Of a stretch of 40,267 bases of DNA, positions 36,372 through 40,267 are shown piece after piece. The stretch is taken from positions 77,578 through 117,844 of the IMG/VR virus record IMGVR_UViG_3300042352_001190. The stretch is one strand, 5' to 3'. Position 1 is the stretch's first letter; each line of letters opens with the position of its first letter. The translations under genes and the position numbers were made by a program. The notes below the pieces were generated by a model. That model was not told the DNA's origin. It made no database searches and saw nothing but the letters and a program-made list of their open reading frames with translations. The stretch comes from a virus. Taxonomy: Duplodnaviria; Heunggongvirae; Uroviricota; Caudoviricetes.

Positions 36372-37545
36372 ATTCAGTCATTTCGTTTAATTCATCTGTT
36401 TCCATATCATCAATACCATCCTGAGTTTCAGGGAACTTAAAGGTCGGTTTGATAATTTTTTCATCCAATTCTTTTAGGACCTCATCAGTAAAGAGTCTTG
36501 ATGAGAAGAATTCCTTAACTGGAACAGCATCACCGTTATGACGAACGATATAAGATTTGCCGAGCTTTTTAGGATAGAAATAAACCTGCTCTCCATTTAA
36601 CTGAAATGGCGATAGTATTTCCTGCTCGTCAGCTTTCATTTTTTCAAATTCCTTTTGTGTTACAATAACACCACGACCAACTCCGCAAGTTTCCCAACTT
36701 ACATATTGTTCCAATCCAACAAATGGATTCATACCTTTATGGAATGAAATATGGAATTCAATATCAAGAGGGCGAGCTAAACGATTCTTTTTGGTTTTAC
36801 TACGAACAATAATACCAGTAGTCGTTTTGTTTTCATCACGAAGAGTTCCTTTGCTTAACATTAAGATAATTGAAGCAGAGAATTCTGGACCACCTCCACC
36901 TGACATTCCTTTTGGAGTGTATTGGTCCATTGATGCATAGGTGTGGTTTGTAAAAATAAATGGAACTTTGTGATTTGAAAGGTCTAGCGTTAGAGATTTA
37001 AATAAGGATCTCATCTCTTTTGCACGAAGACCCATATCCGCTGCATTTTTACCCTTGTCCATGTCAGTTTTACTTTTATCAGTATCTAACATTCCAACAG
37101 AGTCAACGAATAGTGCAATTTTAAGACCTGGATTTTCTTTGATTGTATCAATTAGGTCATTAACGAAGAATTTTACTTCACTAATAAGACCCATACGCAA
37201 GTACTTAAGTTTAGTTAAGTCTACACCAAATTTTACATAGTCTGAAGAGTCAATTGCACCCTCAGTATCAATGTAAAATACCATGTAATCTTTTTTCTGT
37301 AACTCACGAACAGCGTTTAAACATAAGAAGGTTTTACCTGCTCCTGAATCTCCAGCGATTCCAATACTTCTTGTGTTTGGATATCCACCAAATAGAGAGC
37401 CTGACATTTGGGCGTTTAGTAGATAATTTCCGGTTGGAATATACTCCTCAATATCGGAGAAGCCACGAATTTCAATTTTAGATTTTACTTTCTTTTCAAG
37501 TAAATCATTAAACTTTGCGAATGCATCTAATGTAGATTTTGCCAT
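36352..37545 (-). CDS. uvsX: UvsX / RecA-like recombinase
   Basis: TGNYLLNAQMSG, GDSGAGKT, YIDTEG, VDSVG, GGGG, KNR; acidic tail. Confidence 0.93.
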   Translation of the reverse strand: MAKSTLDAFAKFNDLLEKKVKSKIEIRGFSDIEEYIPTGNYLLNAQMSGSLFGGYPNTRSIGIAGDSGAGKTFLCLNAVRELQKKDYMVFYIDTEGAIDSSDYVKFGVDLTKLKYLRMGLISEVKFFVNDLIDTIKENPGLKIALFVDSVGMLDTDKSKTDMDKGKNAADMGLRAKEMRSLFKSLTLDLSNHKVPFIFTNHTYASMDQYTPKGMSGGGGPEFSASIILMLSKGTLRDENKTTTGIIVRSKTKKNRLARPLDIEFHISFHKGMNPFVGLEQYVSWETCGVGRGVIVTQKEFEKMKADEQEILSPFQLNGEQVYFYPKKLGKSYIVRHNGDAVPVKEFFSSRLFTDEVLKELDEKIIKPTFKFPETQDGIDDMETDELNEMTEFDGSED

Positions 37546-37599
37546 AAATATTTAATCCTTTTGTTATACCCTCTTTTACACAGCAGGGGATAAAGGATC

Positions 37600-37950
37600 T
37601 TAGGCAAAGTATGATATAGTTAGGAAGCTAGCCGCAAGTAATTTTGAGTTTGAGTATTCGCCTTGCATTACTTTATAGAAAGGAACTCTGGTTAAATCTG
37701 AGTCGTGTTTTAGCCCGCTAATATTAACAGCGAAACAAATATCCTTATCTATTTTTCCTAATTTAAATATTCTAGATTGTTCTAAGTCTTCTACCCCAAG
37801 CTCTTGATACATGCGTTTGATTGCAGAAAAGCTTGATGCATCTTTAGCATGATCGATTTTTATTGTAACTGGTTCACCATCTGGTGTACAGTAAATTGCT
37901 CGTAATTTTTCTGAGTCAGAAACTTCAATTGGTAAAATAATTAGCTCCAC
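37600..37950 (-). CDS. Hypothetical protein, degenerate Nudix-like fold
   Basis: ASSFSAIKRMYQELGV aligns with the Nudix box, with most catalytic Glu lost. Confidence 0.55.
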   Translation of the reverse strand: MELIILPIEVSDSEKLRAIYCTPDGEPVTIKIDHAKDASSFSAIKRMYQELGVEDLEQSRIFKLGKIDKDICFAVNISGLKHDSDLTRVPFYKVMQGEYSNSKLLAASFLTISYFA

Positions 37951-38540
37951 TATTTAGAATCAAGTTTTTTCAGCAAGGCATCTTTAATATGATCTGCTGT
38001 TATTTGATTATTTATATGGTTTGCTAATTCTGTTAAAAATTCTGATTTGTTCTGTGAGCTCTTGTACATCATCTTCAATAGGTTAATTGAAGGAAGATTT
38101 ACTCTTAAATTTAAGTTTAGGAGAGACTCTTCAGTTGCAAACATCTCAAAAATGCCTGCAGATTTTGGATTTGGTTGAATTACTACTTGAGCCGGAGCAG
38201 CCTGTGGCGTTTCTTGAACTGGAGCAGGTTTAGTTTGATCTATAACTGGGCCTCTAATTGACATACATTCAGCTTTAGTTAAAGGATCTTGTCCATCCAT
38301 AATTGCCATTAGTTTAGTATTAAGTTCATCTAAACTTACACTAGAACCATCTGCTAATTTAACAGCCATTAGGCCACCTCTACTAAATACATCAACTACT
38401 CTAGTAACTGTTGAAATTTTAGTATCATCTGGGGTATTTACCCATTGGTAATCTTTGCCCATAATGAAATCTCTAGTTTGGGCAAGTGCATCAATATCGT
38501 ACATATATTTGTTTATTTTGTTTTTTAACCATTTTATCAT
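37950..38540 (-). CDS. Hypothetical protein (196 aa)
   Basis: TAATG-coupled to the PolB N-half; Pro/Gln linker. Confidence 0.75.
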   Translation of the reverse strand: MIKWLKNKINKYMYDIDALAQTRDFIMGKDYQWVNTPDDTKISTVTRVVDVFSRGGLMAVKLADGSSVSLDELNTKLMAIMDGQDPLTKAECMSIRGPVIDQTKPAPVQETPQAAPAQVVIQPNPKSAGIFEMFATEESLLNLNLRVNLPSINLLKMMYKSSQNKSEFLTELANHINNQITADHIKDALLKKLDSK

Positions 38541-39919
38541 TAGTTTGCTGCTTTTTTCGCTGCTTGTTTTAATTCGGTAATATGACCTTTAATATTCATA
38601 CGGCGGTCATACATGTTCTTTAAGATAACTCGAGCGGCTGAATCTTTTTTCTTAGTAAAAAGAGTACCATTTTTTGTATAGACTTCATCTTCTTTAAGAA
38701 CATGGCCGGGTTTCATTTTACCTAGATAGGTATCTGGGGAAATATTAAATTGGATCTGAACGTTAGGGTACATTGAAGAGAAGTCAAAGCATGAAACATA
38801 CTTATGGTGACCTGGAATTGGCTTACTTACATAAGCACCTTCATATGTTACCTGTTCAGCCAAATCGCGTTTATCTGAAGCCATTTTCTTGCCATCACGT
38901 AAAAAGTGGCGACACATTAGGGATTCAGTAATAAACACTGCGCTAAAGACTTTTGATACATCAACTTGTGCAGTTTTAGAAATTGCAAACGCAACTTCAA
39001 GAAGACTTAATTTGTCTTCGATTAATTTAACAAGCATAACGTCAATTGCGTTATACTTTACGAAGTTTTCAACATCTTGTTGAGCTTCCATCATTGAACC
39101 ATAATCATGATGTAATTTACTTACTCCAAGTACAAGTTGAGAAATATAGTCGAGTTTGTAATTTTCAACAACTTTAATTGGCTTAAGGTTTGTAAATACT
39201 TCAAGGTAATCGAGCAAACCTAAGTGGACTGGTGATTGACCTTTGCCGATTAACTTGTCACAAACCATAGATTCCATAGGTTTGATATTAAGGCGTTTAC
39301 AACGATTAATTAAGTATTTCCAGTCGAATTCAATTACGTTCCAGCCAGTAATAAAAGGAAGTTTAGGAAGTATTCTATGAAAAAAGGTTGCCATTAAGTC
39401 TTCTTCTTTTTCAAAGAACATATACTTAATAGTAAATACTTGACCTTGTGCACTTAAATACTCATTGATTTCAGATTCCATTTTAGAAATAGCTGCATCA
39501 TCGAGCTTTTTCATAGTAGACAAAATGTAGGTCACATTATCTGGACCACAAAATGAAATAAGGTTTACTGGCATTGCAGCTTTAGCTGGATCAGGAAACT
39601 CGTTTGAAGTTAACTGAATCTCGATATCGAGAAAGTATTTCTTAGGATTATGATCAGAATAGATTTGAGCAAGCTCTTCTTCAGAAAAACGGGTCTGAAT
39701 CAACTCTTCAATTCGGAATCGACTTAACCATTTACTTTTGCTTTTATCAACAAACTTATTATCCCAATTTCGATACTCTGAGGGGCGACCTGTGAGCTTC
39801 CAATTAAATTGATCAGCATCATGAATATGCTTTACTGCGTATGCAACATTACCGGCTTCATCATAATATGAAACTACTAGTTTAGAATCGTCTTGTTTAA
39901 ATTCAGAGCTTATTATCAT
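38540..39919 (-). CDS. gp43: Family B DNA polymerase, N-terminal subunit (gp43A-like: 3'-5' exonuclease plus motif A)
   Basis: FLDIE (ExoI), GWNVIEFDWKY (ExoII), YNAID (ExoIII), YEGAYV, DFSSMYP (motif A), NISPDT; stops after the first finger helix; no motif B or C. Confidence 0.95.
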   Translation of the reverse strand: MIISSEFKQDDSKLVVSYYDEAGNVAYAVKHIHDADQFNWKLTGRPSEYRNWDNKFVDKSKSKWLSRFRIEELIQTRFSEEELAQIYSDHNPKKYFLDIEIQLTSNEFPDPAKAAMPVNLISFCGPDNVTYILSTMKKLDDAAISKMESEINEYLSAQGQVFTIKYMFFEKEEDLMATFFHRILPKLPFITGWNVIEFDWKYLINRCKRLNIKPMESMVCDKLIGKGQSPVHLGLLDYLEVFTNLKPIKVVENYKLDYISQLVLGVSKLHHDYGSMMEAQQDVENFVKYNAIDVMLVKLIEDKLSLLEVAFAISKTAQVDVSKVFSAVFITESLMCRHFLRDGKKMASDKRDLAEQVTYEGAYVSKPIPGHHKYVSCFDFSSMYPNVQIQFNISPDTYLGKMKPGHVLKEDEVYTKNGTLFTKKKDSAARVILKNMYDRRMNIKGHITELKQAAKKAAN

Positions 39920-39948
39920 TTTTATCTTACTTTGGGTTAATATACCAA

Positions 39949-40266
39949 TTAATTTGTTCCAGTGGAACCAAATCCGCCAGAACCTCTTTCGGATTGAGAT
40001 GGAAATACTTCAGATTCGGCTTGACACTCAATTAACTTTGCTTTAATAATTGGAGTTAAAATAAACTGCACAATTTTATCTCCTGGGGAAATTATTTGAT
40101 CAATTGTTCCGCAATTGTAATGATGTAAATGAATTTCTCCTTGGTAGTCGCAATCTACTACTTGGGCACCAACCTGGAGTCTCTTTTTTGTAGCAACCCC
40201 ACTCTTGTTAAATGCAATTAGAGCTGTATGCAAAGGTAGCCTGGCACGAATACCGCTTGGAATTAA
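39949..40266 (-). CDS. dut: Trimeric dUTPase (3' part; runs off the right edge)
   Basis: LIPSGIR, NKSG, VDCDYQGEI, GDKIVQ, ERGSGGFGSTG; frame open beyond 40233. Confidence 0.93.
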   Translation of the reverse strand, partial: LIPSGIRARLPLHTALIAFNKSGVATKKRLQVGAQVVDCDYQGEIHLHHYNCGTIDQIISPGDKIVQFILTPIIKAKLIECQAESEVFPSQSERGSGGFGSTGTN

Positions 40267-40267
40267 A

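Noticed and set aside
38540-38640. Split intein or trans-splicing joining the two polymerase halves
   Set aside because: The N-half ends ...ELKQAAKKAAN with no Cys/Ser-initiated intein segment, and the C-half starts directly with the finger helix with no HN-[CST] junction
1276-39083. Short overlapping or antisense ORFs in the track (e.g. 1276-1653, 3578-3763, 12189-12473, 15321-15572, 19305-19598, 22355-22606, 25538-25816, 37055-37240, 38889-39083)
   Set aside because: They lie wholly within well-supported genes and read as shadow frames with no motifs or initiation signals
1-40267. Stop-codon reassignment, as in some large phages
   Set aside because: Recognisable genes are full length in code 11, and TAG (2009, 21633) and TGA (9345, 19950, 29672) act as normal ends with coupled downstream starts
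1-40267. tRNA/rRNA genes, self-splicing introns, homing endonucleases, transposases
   Set aside because: Intergenic gaps are mostly under 80 nt with no cloverleaf; core genes are uninterrupted; no HNH, GIY-YIG or LAGLIDADG motif was recognised

Overview
AT-rich 40.3 kb segment of a large, divergent T4-like (myovirus-type) phage genome in the standard genetic code. The right third (minus strand) is a replication, recombination and nucleotide-metabolism operon: dUTPase, PolB N-half, UvsX, gp41 helicase, gp47/gp46, a thymidylate-synthase-family enzyme and dCMP deaminase. A plus-strand block (about 4.5-28.8 kb) carries ATAAATA-type late promoters and encodes many putative head-packaged proteins with a T4 capsid-targeting-like motif, a baseplate module (gp53-like, hub, gp5-like), a DnaJ protein, a gp21 protease fused to a scaffold, the gp23 major capsid protein and the gp19 tail tube. 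UvsW and a UvsY-like gene lie at the left. Highlights: (1) the DNA polymerase is split at the fingers into two genes about 38 kb apart, and the C-half start at 1-270 is missing from the ORF track; (2) a 964-aa ligase-like + nucleotidyltransferase-like + PD-(D/E)xK protein has candidate protease sites at its domain boundaries; (3) the protease-scaffold fusion may contain a nested scaffold gene; (4) the TS homolog has the dCMP-type Asp and is coupled to dCMP deaminase; (5) degenerate SET and Nudix proteins sit inside the replication operon. All assignments come from motif recognition by eye; no searches were run.
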